This document shows, piece after piece, positions 20,781 to 30,422 of a DNA stretch of 64,000 bases (the stretch's first letter is position 1; each line of letters opens with the position of its first letter). The stretch is from Longimicrobiales bacterium (GTDB lineage: Bacteria; Gemmatimonadota; Gemmatimonadetes; Longimicrobiales; RSA9). The position numbers were made by a program, and so were the translations under genes. The stretch spans positions 2,852 to 66,851 of the forward strand of contig DATKCH010000103.1 in assembly GCA_035513295.1 (NCBI GenBank). Direction: 5' to 3'. The notes beneath the pieces were generated by a model, which saw nothing but the letters and a program-made list of their open reading frames with translations, did not search any database and was not told the origin of the DNA.

Positions 20781-22580
20781 TTGCAGCTCGACCACATCCG
20801 CAACTTCTGCATCGTCGCCCACATCGACCACGGCAAGTCCACGCTCGCCGACCGGTTGCTGGAGCGCACCGCCTCGGTCGAGGCGCGCGACATGAAGGAG
20901 CAGATCCTGGACTCCATCGACCTCGAGCGCGAGCGCGGCATCACGATCAAGCTGCACGCAGTGCGCATGGACTACCGTTCGGCCGACGGCGAGGCGTACG
21001 AGCTGAACCTCATCGACACCCCCGGCCACGTGGATTTCACCTACGAGGTGTCCCGGTCCCTGGCCGCCTGCGAGGGCGCGATCCTGGTCGTGGACGCGAG
21101 CCAGGGCGTGCAGGCGCAGACGATGTCCAACCTGTTCCTGGCGCTCGAGGCCGGGCTCGACATCGTGCCCGTGCTGAACAAGATCGACCTGCCCGGGGCC
21201 GAGCCCGACAGGCGCCGCGCCGAGCTGGTGGAGCTGCTGGGGGTCGAGCCGGAGGAGATCCTGGCGGTCTCCGCCAAGGAGGGCACGGGGGTGGACGCGC
21301 TGCTGGAGGCGATCGTCGCGCGCGTGCCCGCGCCGAAGGGGGACCCGAAGGCGCCGTTGCGCGCTCTCATCTTCGACTCGTTCTACGACAAGTACCGCGG
21401 CGCCGTGCCGAGCATCCGGGTGGTCGATGGCTACATCCGGCCGGGGATGCGGATCGGCTTCGGAGCCAACGCCGCCACGTACGAGGTGGATGAGGTGGGC
21501 TTTCTGCGGCTCCGGCAGGTTCCGCAGAGGGAGCTCGGGCCGGGCGAGGTCGGCTACGTCACCGCCGCCATCAAACGCGTGGGCGACACGCGCGTGGGCG
21601 ACACCGTGATCGACGCGGAGCGCCCGCCGGCCGAGCTCCTCGAGGGCTACAAGGACGTCCGGCCGATGGTGTTCAGCGGCATCTACCCGACGGAATCGGA
21701 CCAGTACGAAGACCTGCGCGACGCGCTGGAGAAGCTGAAGCTCAACGACGCCAGCCTGTTCTACGAACCCGAGACGTCGACCGCGCTGGGGTTCGGGTTC
21801 CGGTGCGGCTTCCTGGGCCTCCTGCACATGGAGATCGTGCGCGAGCGGCTGCAGCGCGAGTTCGACCTCGACCTCATCTCGACCGTTCCGAACGTAGAGT
21901 ACCACATCGTGCTCACGAACGGCGACCGGATCGAGATCGAGAACCCGAGCGCGATGCCTGACCGGGTGCGCATCGACCGCGTGGAGGAGCCGTACGTGCG
22001 CGCGCACATCGTGTCCCCGGCCGAGTACATCGGCAACGTCCAGAAGCTCTGCCACGAGCGCCGCGCCGAGCACGTGTCGATGCAGTACGTCGACCCCGAA
22101 CGCGTCGAGTTCACCTACGACATGCCGCTCGCCGAGATCGTCCTCGATTTCTACGATCGCCTGAAGGGGTCCACGCGCGGGTACGCCTCGCTCGACTGGG
22201 AGCCGCGGGAGTACCGCCCGAACGATCTCGTGCGGCTGGACATGCTGATCAACGGCGATCCCGTGGACGCGTTCAGCGTGATCATCCACGAGGACAAGGC
22301 GTACGAGTACGGGCGCTCGCTCGCGGTCAAGCTCAAGGAGCTGATCCCGCGCCAGATGTTCGAGGTCGCGATCCAGGCCGCGATCGGCAACAAGGTGATC
22401 GCGCGCACCACCGTGAAGGCGTTGCGCAAACAGGTGACCGCGAAGTGCTATGGCGGGGACGTCACGCGCAAGCGCAAGCTCCTGGAGAAGCAGAGGGAAG
22501 GGAAGAAGCGCATGAAGCAGGTGGGCACCGTGGACATCCCGCAGGAGGCGTTCCTGGCCGTGCTGCAGGTGGAGGACTGA
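20781..22580 (+). CDS. lepA: translation elongation factor 4 (LepA)
   Basis: [30 protein letters not shown] and NKIDL GTPase motifs, plus the LepA-specific C-terminus ([24 protein letters not shown]). TTG start. Confidence 0.96.
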   Translation: MQLDHIRNFCIVAHIDHGKSTLADRLLERTASVEARDMKEQILDSIDLERERGITIKLHAVRMDYRSADGEAYELNLIDTPGHVDFTYEVSRSLAACEGAILVVDASQGVQAQTMSNLFLALEAGLDIVPVLNKIDLPGAEPDRRRAELVELLGVEPEEILAVSAKEGTGVDALLEAIVARVPAPKGDPKAPLRALIFDSFYDKYRGAVPSIRVVDGYIRPGMRIGFGANAATYEVDEVGFLRLRQVPQRELGPGEVGYVTAAIKRVGDTRVGDTVIDAERPPAELLEGYKDVRPMVFSGIYPTESDQYEDLRDALEKLKLNDASLFYEPETSTALGFGFRCGFLGLLHMEIVRERLQREFDLDLISTVPNVEYHIVLTNGDRIEIENPSAMPDRVRIDRVEEPYVRAHIVSPAEYIGNVQKLCHERRAEHVSMQYVDPERVEFTYDMPLAEIVLDFYDRLKGSTRGYASLDWEPREYRPNDLVRLDMLINGDPVDAFSVIIHEDKAYEYGRSLAVKLKELIPRQMFEVAIQAAIGNKVIARTTVKALRKQVTAKCYGGDVTRKRKLLEKQREGKKRMKQVGTVDIPQEAFLAVLQVED

Positions 22581-22646
22581 GGCCGTGCCCAGCCCGGCCC
22601 GATCGTCCGGCGTCGCTTCAAGACGTTCCGCCCGAGGGGGCGCGGC

Positions 22647-23633
22647 GTGAGCGCCCGCTGGATCGTGGGCGTCGACATCGGCGGCACCAACGTGGTCGTG
22701 GGGGCGCTGCCCGAGGACGGCAGCGACCTGGTGGGGGCGCAGAAGATCGCGACCGAGGCCGGGCGGGGGCCCAAGCACGTCGTGGACCGCATCGTCGCGC
22801 TGATCGGGGAGACGATCCGCGCGGTGGAGGCGAGGGGCGTGCCCCGCGCCGCCGTCGCGGGCGTCGGGATCGGCGCCCCCGGCCCGCTGGACCGCGCGAG
22901 CGGCACGGTGATCGAGACCCCCAACCTGGGCTGGCGCAACTTCCCGCTGCGCGACCTCATCTCGAACGCCGTCGACCTGCCGGCCACGCTCGACAACGAC
23001 GCCAACTGCGCTACCTACGGGGAGTGGTGGCTCGGCGCGGGCCGCGACGTGGAGACCCTCGTCGGGCTGACCCTCGGGACCGGGATCGGCGGCGGGATCG
23101 TATTCGGCGGGGAGCTCTACCACGGCGTCAACGACGCGGCCGGCGAGTTCGGGCACACCACGATCGACTCCACCGGCCGCAAGTGCAAATGCGGCAACTA
23201 CGGGTGCCTGGAGGCCTACGCCTCCGGCCCGGCGATCGCGCTGCGCGCGCTGGAGGGTTTGGAGAGCGGGGCGGAGAGTATCCTCCCCGACCTGGTCGGC
23301 GGGCGTCTGGACACCATCACCGCGGCGGTGGTCTACGAGGGCGTCGTGCTGGGCGACGCGTTCGCCGAGGAGGTCATGAAGGAGACGGCCAAGTTCCTGG
23401 GCGCCGGCATCGCCAACATCATCAACTCGCTCAACCCGGCGATGGTGGTCGTCGCGGGCGGCGTGACACGCGCGGGCGAGCACCTGTTCCGCCCCCTGCG
23501 CGCGGAGGTGCGGCGGCGCGCCTTCAAGCACGCCGAGGAGGCGTGCCAGATCGTTCCCGGCGCGCTCGAGGGCACGGCCGGCGTCGTCGGTGCCGCGGGG
23601 GTGTTCCGCAGGGAGCGGCTGGCCGGAGCGTGA
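22647..23633 (+). CDS. ROK family sugar kinase (glucokinase-like)
   Basis: VGVDIGGTN ATP-binding motif and the ROK zinc motif GHTTIDSTGRKCKCGNYGCLEAYASG. GTG start. Confidence 0.88.
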   Translation: MSARWIVGVDIGGTNVVVGALPEDGSDLVGAQKIATEAGRGPKHVVDRIVALIGETIRAVEARGVPRAAVAGVGIGAPGPLDRASGTVIETPNLGWRNFPLRDLISNAVDLPATLDNDANCATYGEWWLGAGRDVETLVGLTLGTGIGGGIVFGGELYHGVNDAAGEFGHTTIDSTGRKCKCGNYGCLEAYASGPAIALRALEGLESGAESILPDLVGGRLDTITAAVVYEGVVLGDAFAEEVMKETAKFLGAGIANIINSLNPAMVVVAGGVTRAGEHLFRPLRAEVRRRAFKHAEEACQIVPGALEGTAGVVGAAGVFRRERLAGA

Positions 23634-24703
23634 GCGCGGCGTCCGATCGCGGAAAGGGCACGCAGCGGACGTTGGGGGAAACGCCGGTCGTCGGCGACGC
23701 GTCCGCGAAGTCCGCGCCGCATCGACTGGGCGTCGTGGGCACGTTCGTATGGGACCGCATCCACGCCCGCGAGGGGCGCGAGACCGTCGTCGAGGAGTGG
23801 GGGGGCATCGCCTACGCGCTCGCGGCCCTCGCCGCCGCCCGGCCCGAGGGTTGGCAGATCGTCCCCATCCTCAAGGTCGGTCGCGACCTGGACGAGCGCG
23901 CGCGCGCCTTTCTCGCTTCGTTGCCGGACCTGGACACCGTGTCTGCCGTGCGCACGGTCGAGGAGCCGAACAACCGCGTCGAGCTCCGATACGTGGACAG
24001 GGAGCGGCGCACGGAGCGCCTCACGGGCGGCGTGCCGGGGTGGGAATGGGACGAGCTCGAGCCGCTGCTGGGTGGCCTGGACGCGCTGTACGTGAACTTC
24101 ATAGCGGGCTGGGAGCTGGGACTCGATTCCGCGCTCCGTCTGCGCCGCGCCTGCCCGGGACCTCTGTACGCCGACCTCCATTCGCTGCTCCTCGACGTGG
24201 GGCCGGAGGGTCGCCGCGTCCCGCGCTCGCTCGCGGCCTGGCGGGAGTGGCTCACCGCGTTCGACATCGTCCAGATGAACGAGGACGAGCTGGCGACGCT
24301 GGCGGGCCGCTGGGGCGACCCCTGGACGCTCGCCGCTGAGGCGGTCGGCGTGGACCTGCGGCTCCTGCTCGTGACACTCGGGGAGCGGGGCGCGGCCTAC
24401 GTCGAATCCCCGCTGTACGGCGAGGGGCCCGCGCGCTGGCGACGTTCGGGGCTCGAGCCCGCGCGGCCACTGGGCGCGCCCGGGCCGACGACCAGCGCGC
24501 GGGTGCCGCTGCCGGGCCCCGCGCGCGAGGGAGACCCCACGGGGTGCGGCGACGTGTGGGGTGCGACCTGCTTCGCGGCGTTACTTTCGGGCCGCCCGAT
24601 CGAGGCGGCGATCGCGCGAGCACACGCGGCGGCCGCGCGCAACGTGGGGCATCACGGCGCCAGCGGACTGCACAGGCACCTGTCGGGGAGGATCCATACG
24701 TGA
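23630..24703 (+). CDS. PfkB-family carbohydrate kinase-like protein
   Basis: Ribokinase-like fold signature near the C-terminus (GDPTGCGDVWGATCFAALL). The GTG start at 23630 forms a GTGA overlap with the ROK stop. Reading frame taken from the track ORF 22445..24703. Confidence 0.7.
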   Translation: MSAASDRGKGTQRTLGETPVVGDASAKSAPHRLGVVGTFVWDRIHAREGRETVVEEWGGIAYALAALAAARPEGWQIVPILKVGRDLDERARAFLASLPDLDTVSAVRTVEEPNNRVELRYVDRERRTERLTGGVPGWEWDELEPLLGGLDALYVNFIAGWELGLDSALRLRRACPGPLYADLHSLLLDVGPEGRRVPRSLAAWREWLTAFDIVQMNEDELATLAGRWGDPWTLAAEAVGVDLRLLLVTLGERGAAYVESPLYGEGPARWRRSGLEPARPLGAPGPTTSARVPLPGPAREGDPTGCGDVWGATCFAALLSGRPIEAAIARAHAAAARNVGHHGASGLHRHLSGRIHT

Positions 24704-25638
24704 GGGTGATCCCGCTGCCGGCCAACCTCGACGAGGCCGCGTTCGATGCTCTGGTCGCGCCCCTGTCCGAGCCCGCGGCCGCGGGATCCGGGCCGGTCTC
24801 CGGGGTCGGGGCGGCGGAGACCGCCCCGGGTCGGCCGCTGCTGCTGGACGCCGCCGGCGTGCGCTGGGTGGATCCCTACGGGGCGCTGTCGCTGCTGGCG
24901 TTCGGGCACGCCGCCCGGGCGGCCGGCCGGACCGCGCGGTTCCGCCCGCCCGCGTCCGCGGAGGTGACCAGCTACCTCCGTCGGATGGGCTTCTTCCGGC
25001 ACGCCGGCGACGTGTTCGAGTTGCACGGAGAGGTCGGACGGGGCGAGGATACACAGTCCGACGTGCTGCTCGAAATCACGGCGGTGACGGACCACGGCGA
25101 CGTGCACCGCGTCGTGGATCGCGTATACGAGCGCTCGGGGGCGATCCTGAGCACCCAACTCGGCTACCCGCCCGAGCTGGCGATGCAGTTCGGCACGATC
25201 TTCAGCGAGGTCTGCCAGAACATCATCGAGCACGCGCAGGCTGCGGGATGGGTGGCGACCCAGACGTATCACTGGCGGAAGAGGCTGGGGCGGAAGGTGG
25301 TGATGATCGCGGTGATGGACCTGGGGGTGGGATTCCGCGGGTCGCTGGAGGGCGAGCACGCGGCGCAGTACGCGGGCCGCTGGGGCGACGCGGCCGCTCT
25401 GGAGGCGGCGTTCATGCACGGCGTGACGCGTTTTCGCGATCCGGGCAGGGGGCAGGGCTTGCAGCAGATCCGGCGGCTCGTCGGCAGGGTCGATGGCCGC
25501 GTCTCCATCCGCAGCGGCACCGCGCGCATCTCCGATGTCCCCGACTGGGCCGACAACCCCCCGCTGGAGGAGGGCCTGCCCTATTTCCCGGGGTCCCAGA
25601 TCTGCATCGTGCTGCCCGCGCGGGAGGACACGCCGTGA
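24700..25638 (+). CDS. STAS-like domain fused to a SpoIIAB/RsbW-type HATPase (putative Ser/Thr kinase of a partner-switching module)
   Basis: The N-terminal LLLDAAGVRWVDPYGALSLLAFG....VTSYLRRMGFF is STAS-like. The C-terminal half has GHKL motifs: N-box FSEVCQNIIEHA, G1 VMDLGVGF, G2 GRGQGL. GTGA overlap with the PfkB stop. Confidence 0.7.
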   Translation: MRVIPLPANLDEAAFDALVAPLSEPAAAGSGPVSGVGAAETAPGRPLLLDAAGVRWVDPYGALSLLAFGHAARAAGRTARFRPPASAEVTSYLRRMGFFRHAGDVFELHGEVGRGEDTQSDVLLEITAVTDHGDVHRVVDRVYERSGAILSTQLGYPPELAMQFGTIFSEVCQNIIEHAQAAGWVATQTYHWRKRLGRKVVMIAVMDLGVGFRGSLEGEHAAQYAGRWGDAAALEAAFMHGVTRFRDPGRGQGLQQIRRLVGRVDGRVSIRSGTARISDVPDWADNPPLEEGLPYFPGSQICIVLPAREDTP

Positions 25639-26231
25639 GCCCGCATCTGGAGCACACGCCTCAGGTCGTCCCGTTCCACTTCGACCTCTCCGACCACGTG
25701 CGACGCTCGGTCGCCACGCTGTACTCCCACCTCGTGACAAGACCCACCGGGCAGGCGCTGCGCATGGGCATCGAGAGCCAGATCCGCGCGACGGACGGCC
25801 CCTGCGTGTCGGTCCTGGACTTCACCGAGGTCGTCGTGCTGGACTACTCGTGCGCCGACGAGACCGTCGCCAAGCTCGTGCGGCGTTACTGCGCGGAGGA
25901 TCGACCCGCGCCCGCCTACTTCATGGCGCGGGGCGTGGCGCCGCACCACAGGGAGACGCTGGAGACCGTGCTGATCCGGCAGGGCATGGCGCTGGTCGCC
26001 GAAGTGACGGGCGTCGGCGCGCGCCTTCTCGGCTACGCGTCGGAGCTGGAGCACGCCGTGTGGCGGGCGGTCGAGGAGGCGGGCTCCCTGGCGGCGGCGG
26101 ACCTGGACGAGCGCATCGCGGACCCGCGCGCCGGGCTGGCCGCGGGAGGCCTCGTGGGACGCCGCGTCGTGGTGCCCGGCGTCGGGGGGCGTCTCCACTC
26201 GCTGAGCCGGCTGGCCCTCCCGAGGCTGTGA
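25635..26231 (+). CDS. STAS-like (DUF4325-type) protein with a possible C-terminal winged-helix domain
   Basis: VSVLDFTEVVVLDYSCADETVAKLVRRY resembles the DUF4325 STAS-like core. The C-terminal AVWRAVEEAGSLAAADLDERI...GLVGRRVVVPGVGGRLHSL looks wHTH-like. High GC3. GTGA overlap with the upstream stop. Confidence 0.6.
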   Translation: MSPHLEHTPQVVPFHFDLSDHVRRSVATLYSHLVTRPTGQALRMGIESQIRATDGPCVSVLDFTEVVVLDYSCADETVAKLVRRYCAEDRPAPAYFMARGVAPHHRETLETVLIRQGMALVAEVTGVGARLLGYASELEHAVWRAVEEAGSLAAADLDERIADPRAGLAAGGLVGRRVVVPGVGGRLHSLSRLALPRL

Positions 26232-28312
26232 GCCCGGAGGCAGTTCCCCCACCATCCGGGCGCCCCCGGGGCCGCCGTGGCTTGCTCGGGCGCGCGGCGG
26301 CGCCGTGCGCCACGCTCCTGTGCGCCGCCGCCATCGATGCCTCCCCCGCGCACGCGCAGGAACCGGACTCGGTCGTAGCGTTGCCTGCGATCCTCGTGTC
26401 CAGCTTTCCGCTGCCGATGTCCCTGGCCGCAGCTCCCGCCGCGATCTCGCTCGTGCGCGGCGCCGACGCGTCGCGGGCGCGACCCGGAGTCGGCCTCGGC
26501 GGTCTGCTGGACCGCGTCCCCGGGGTGCAGGTCGACAACCGCCACAACGACGCCCTCGACGAGCGCGTCGCGATACGGGGGTTCGGGGCGCGGTCGCAGT
26601 TCGGCGTGCGCGGGCTCGCGGTGACCGTGGACGGAGTACCCGCGACGCTGCCCGACGGCCAGACCGCGCTCAGCCACCTGGACCCCGCGTCGATCCGTCG
26701 CGTCGAGGTCTTGCGGGGCCCGGCCTCGACGTTCGTGGGCAACGCTGGGGGAGGGGCGTTGAGCATCGAGACCCGGCCGACGGCGGAAGGGGTCGCCGGC
26801 AGGGTCCTGGGCGGCGCCGACGGGCTGTTCCGACTCGACGCGGAGGCGGCCGGGCGGATGCGCGGGGCGCTCGTGTCCGGCCGGCTCGCCCGCCGGCGCG
26901 TCGACGGATACCGGGAGCACGCGGACGCAGACAAGACGTGGGCGTCGGGTCACCTGGAGGCTCCCGCTGGTCCCGGCAGCGTGCGCGTCGACGTACACGG
27001 CGTCGCCTACGAGGCGCGCAACCCCGGCTCGCTCTCCGACTCGGCCCGGATCGCGGACCCGCGCGCGGCCTTTCCGGGCAACGTCGCGCAGGGCACCGGC
27101 GAGGACGCCGCGCAGGCGCAGCTCGGCGCCGGCTGGTCGGGAGCGCTGGCGGGGGGCGAATGGGACGCCGGGGCGTGGCTGCTGCGCCGGGAGGTGGACA
27201 ACCCGATCCCGGTCGCCATCGTGGACCTTTCGCGCACGGCCGCCGGCGTGCGCTTCCGGCACCGGCGACGCTCCGGGCGACTCGCCTGGGCCGCCGGCCT
27301 CGACCTGGGCCAACAGCGCGACCGGAGGCGCAACTTCGCCAACGACGCCGGCTCCCGCGGCGACCTCTCGCTGGACCAGCGCGAGCGGGTGCGGTCGGTC
27401 GCCTCCGTGGCGCACGCCCTGGCGGAGCTCGGGCGGCTGCGCGTGTCCGCGGCGGCCCGCTGGGACGTGGTCAGCTTCGACGTGCGCGACTTCCTGGATG
27501 ACGCGGACGGGGCGGACCCGGGCGGACGCCGCACGCTGTCGGCGCTCAGTCCCGCCGCCGGCCTCTCGTGGGACGCGCGCGCACTGACGCTGTTCGCGAA
27601 CCTGTCCACCGCGTTCGAAACGCCGACCACCAGCGAATTCGCGAACGATCCGGGAGGCGGAGGCTTCAACGCCGATCTCGATCCGCAGCGCACCGTCGGC
27701 GCGGAGATCGGCGCACGCGGCCGGTCGCCGGCGTTGCGTGGCCTCCGCTGGGAGGCCGTCGTCCACCACGCCCGCGTCGCGGACGCGCTGGTGCCGTTCG
27801 AGGGGGTGGCGGGGCGGACGTTCTTCCGCAACGCGGGCCGGACGCGTCACGCCGGTGTCGAGCTCGCGCTCGCGGGCGAGCCCTCAGCCGCCGTCTCTGC
27901 GCGCGCGTCCTGGTCGTGGACGCGCGTCGATTTCCGCGAGTTCCGGACGGACGGCTCCGACCTGCGGGGGAACATGGTGCCCGGGGTGGCTCCCCACCGG
28001 CTGGAGGCGGCTGTCGCGGTGCGCGCGGCGGGCGGATTCGCGGAGCTGGAGCTGCGTTACCGGTCGCGCACCGCGACCGACGACGCGAACACGGCGTTCT
28101 GGCCCGCGCACATGGTCGCCGACGCGCGCGCCGAGGCGCCCCCGGCGCGCTTCGCCGGGCTGCACCTGCGGCCGCAGGCCGGCGTCCTCAACCTCGCCGA
28201 CCGCTCCTACGTGGGGTCGATCGTCCCCAACGCCTTCGGGGGCAGGTACTACGAGCCGGCGCCGGGACGGACGTGGTACGCGGGCGTGGCGTTGAGCGTC
28301 GGGGGAAGGTGA
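26228..28312 (+). CDS. TonB-dependent receptor
   Basis: Signal peptide ending SPAHAQE, plug motifs (DERVAIRGFGARS, IRRVEVLRGPAST, GGALSIET) and a long beta-barrel region. The start is GTG 26228 (GTGA overlap) or TTG 26282 (MLGRAAAPCATLLCAAA). Confidence 0.85.
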   Translation: MSPEAVPPPSGRPRGRRGLLGRAAAPCATLLCAAAIDASPAHAQEPDSVVALPAILVSSFPLPMSLAAAPAAISLVRGADASRARPGVGLGGLLDRVPGVQVDNRHNDALDERVAIRGFGARSQFGVRGLAVTVDGVPATLPDGQTALSHLDPASIRRVEVLRGPASTFVGNAGGGALSIETRPTAEGVAGRVLGGADGLFRLDAEAAGRMRGALVSGRLARRRVDGYREHADADKTWASGHLEAPAGPGSVRVDVHGVAYEARNPGSLSDSARIADPRAAFPGNVAQGTGEDAAQAQLGAGWSGALAGGEWDAGAWLLRREVDNPIPVAIVDLSRTAAGVRFRHRRRSGRLAWAAGLDLGQQRDRRRNFANDAGSRGDLSLDQRERVRSVASVAHALAELGRLRVSAAARWDVVSFDVRDFLDDADGADPGGRRTLSALSPAAGLSWDARALTLFANLSTAFETPTTSEFANDPGGGGFNADLDPQRTVGAEIGARGRSPALRGLRWEAVVHHARVADALVPFEGVAGRTFFRNAGRTRHAGVELALAGEPSAAVSARASWSWTRVDFREFRTDGSDLRGNMVPGVAPHRLEAAVAVRAAGGFAELELRYRSRTATDDANTAFWPAHMVADARAEAPPARFAGLHLRPQAGVLNLADRSYVGSIVPNAFGGRYYEPAPGRTWYAGVALSVGGR

Positions 28313-28335
28313 TCCGAGCGCGGTCGCGCGCCGGG

Positions 28336-29118
28336 TCAGGTGACCTCGGCGGTCCGGTTCGTGGCCTTGAGAGCGGCGAGCACCGCCGCGCTCTCGGGAC
28401 GGCCGTCCACGGCGTGCGCGCCGGCAAGCTGGCGCGCGTTCCGACCCAGCTCGGGGGCCAGCGCCGACGACGTCACGAGGACGATGGCGCGGTCCAGCGC
28501 CCGCACCACGGTCGCCGACTCCAGCTCCAGTACGAGCGCGCCTTCCAGGGCGACCTCCACCGCCTGGAGCGCGGCCCGCGCCGCCGCGCGGATTGGTCCC
28601 AGGCCGAGGTCCGGCTCCGTGGCCTCGCCCAGGCACTCCACTCCGTCCCGTTCCACGCGCACCGCGGCGATCACCTTGCCCGACTCCCGCCGCACCTCGA
28701 GCGCGGTGAGCGTCACGCGTTCGCCCTCCGCCGCGGGCGCGTGTTCCGCGAAGGCGCGCGCGCCAGGCCGGACGCGGGCCGATGGCATCGACACGGGGCC
28801 GCGAGCGGGGAGGCCGGCGGGCGGCTCGACGGCGGGCAGCGCGAGGGTGCGCCCGGTGCCATCCGCCAGGAGGGGCAGCGCATCGGGGGCCGCCACGCGC
28901 AGCTGCGCGATGCTGATGATGCGCTGGTCGAGGGGTATTCCCAGGCGCTCCTCGAGCAACTCGCGGATGTCCGTCGCGAGGTCCCGAGGCTCCGGGCCGG
29001 GCCGGATCAGCAGGTGCACCTCGCGGGGGTCGCCGTACACGTCCTCGCGGACGAAGGCGTCGACCACCGAGGGCAACTCGCGCAGGATGGCTTCCGCCCG
29101 AGCCTTGGTTCCGGACAT
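28336..29118 (-). CDS. hypothetical protein whose C-terminal half is paralogous to the 2519-2956 product
   Basis: 260-aa ATG ORF with high GC3. The C-terminal VRVERDGVECLGEATEPDLGLGPIRAAARAALQAV...LAGAHAVDGRPESAAVLAALKATNR aligns with the guaB-adjacent protein. Confidence 0.6.
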   Translation of the reverse strand: MSGTKARAEAILRELPSVVDAFVREDVYGDPREVHLLIRPGPEPRDLATDIRELLEERLGIPLDQRIISIAQLRVAAPDALPLLADGTGRTLALPAVEPPAGLPARGPVSMPSARVRPGARAFAEHAPAAEGERVTLTALEVRRESGKVIAAVRVERDGVECLGEATEPDLGLGPIRAAARAALQAVEVALEGALVLELESATVVRALDRAIVLVTSSALAPELGRNARQLAGAHAVDGRPESAAVLAALKATNRTAEVT

Positions 29119-29253
29119 GCGGTTCCCGGGTGCTGGTTCGGCGGGAGGTTCCCTTGAGAGTTGGGATCGCGCACGTTCCCGTCAAGGGTTGGCCGGTTCG
29201 CGAAACGCGCGCTACCATCGGAGCTTGCACGCCCTGACCACGAGATCTTCGCC

Positions 29254-30417
29254 ATGAGCGCTCCACGCGAGCCCCGTCCCGATCCCGGACCCTCCACCCT
29301 GGCGGTCCACGCCGGCGGGCCATCACCCAGTCCCGGCGCGCCCGTCGTCGCTCCGGTCGTTCATTCCGCGACGTTCTTCTACGCGGAGGAAGGCGACGGC
29401 GAACTCCGCTACACGCGCTACCTGAACAACCCGACGCTCGAGGCCGTCGCGCGCCGGGTCGCGGCGCTGGAGGGCACCGAGGCTGCTCTGGTGACGAGCA
29501 GCGGCATGGCCGCCATGGCCATGACGCTGCTGGCCCTGACGCGCGCCGGCGATCACATCGTGGCCGCGCGCGACCTGTACGGCGGCACGGTGACGCTCCT
29601 GAGCGAGGAGCTGCCCCGCCTGGGAATCGAGACCACCTTCGTTCCGGGCGACCCCACGTCGGCCCTGCGGCCCGAAACGAAGGCGATCGTCATCGAAGTG
29701 CCCTCCAACCCCGTCATGCGCGTCCCCGACCTGCCGGGCATCGCCCGCGCCGCGCGCGCGGCAGGCGTCGCCCTCGTCGTGGACGCCACGTTCGCGTCAC
29801 CGGTGAACCTGCGCGCCGCCGACCACGGGGCATCGGCGGTGGTGCACAGCGGCACGAAGTACCTGGGCGGCCATTCGGATGTGACCGCCGGCGTGGTCGC
29901 CGGTGACGCCGAGCTGATCGCGTCGGTCCGCCGGAGGGTTCGGTCGTTCGGGCCTGTGCTGGATCCGGGGGCCGCGGCCACCCTGGAGCGGGGGATGAAG
30001 ACCCTGGCCGTCCGCGTCCAGCGGCACAACGCCAACGCTGCCGCTCTCGCGGACTGGCTGGCGGCCCACCCCGCGGTCGAATCCGTAAGCTACCCGGGCC
30101 GCGCGGACCACCCCGACCACGAACGTGCCGCCGCCCTCATGAGCGGCTTCGGCGGCATGCTCGGGTTCGCCGTGCGCGGCGGCGACGAGGCCGCGCTGCG
30201 GGCGCTCAGGCGTCTCAGGATCCTGCGGGTCGCGCCGAGCCTGGGCAGCGTCGAGTCGCTCGTGTCGATGCCGCGCTACACGTCGCACGCGTCGCTGACC
30301 GACCCGGAGCGCGCCGAACGCGGGATCCCGCCGGGCTACGTGAGGGTCTCCGTGGGGGTCGAGGACCTGCAGGATCTGCGGGAGGATCTGGCCCGCGCGC
30401 TGGAGCCGGAACGCTGA
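29254..30417 (+). CDS. Cys/Met-metabolism PLP-dependent enzyme (cystathionine gamma-synthase / beta-lyase family)
   Basis: STLAVHAG, the PLP-lysine motif HSGTKYLGGHSD and the terminal VRVSVGVEDLQDLREDL. The ATG at 29254 was chosen. Confidence 0.88.
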   Translation: MSAPREPRPDPGPSTLAVHAGGPSPSPGAPVVAPVVHSATFFYAEEGDGELRYTRYLNNPTLEAVARRVAALEGTEAALVTSSGMAAMAMTLLALTRAGDHIVAARDLYGGTVTLLSEELPRLGIETTFVPGDPTSALRPETKAIVIEVPSNPVMRVPDLPGIARAARAAGVALVVDATFASPVNLRAADHGASAVVHSGTKYLGGHSDVTAGVVAGDAELIASVRRRVRSFGPVLDPGAAATLERGMKTLAVRVQRHNANAAALADWLAAHPAVESVSYPGRADHPDHERAAALMSGFGGMLGFAVRGGDEAALRALRRLRILRVAPSLGSVESLVSMPRYTSHASLTDPERAERGIPPGYVRVSVGVEDLQDLREDLARALEPER

Positions 30418-30422
30418 AGCGG

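Noticed and set aside
29119-29253. A SAM or other riboswitch upstream of the Cys/Met PLP enzyme genes (also 56289..56422).
   Set aside because: The spacers are short, serve divergent promoters, and show no SAM-I or SAM-II core motifs that I could recognise.
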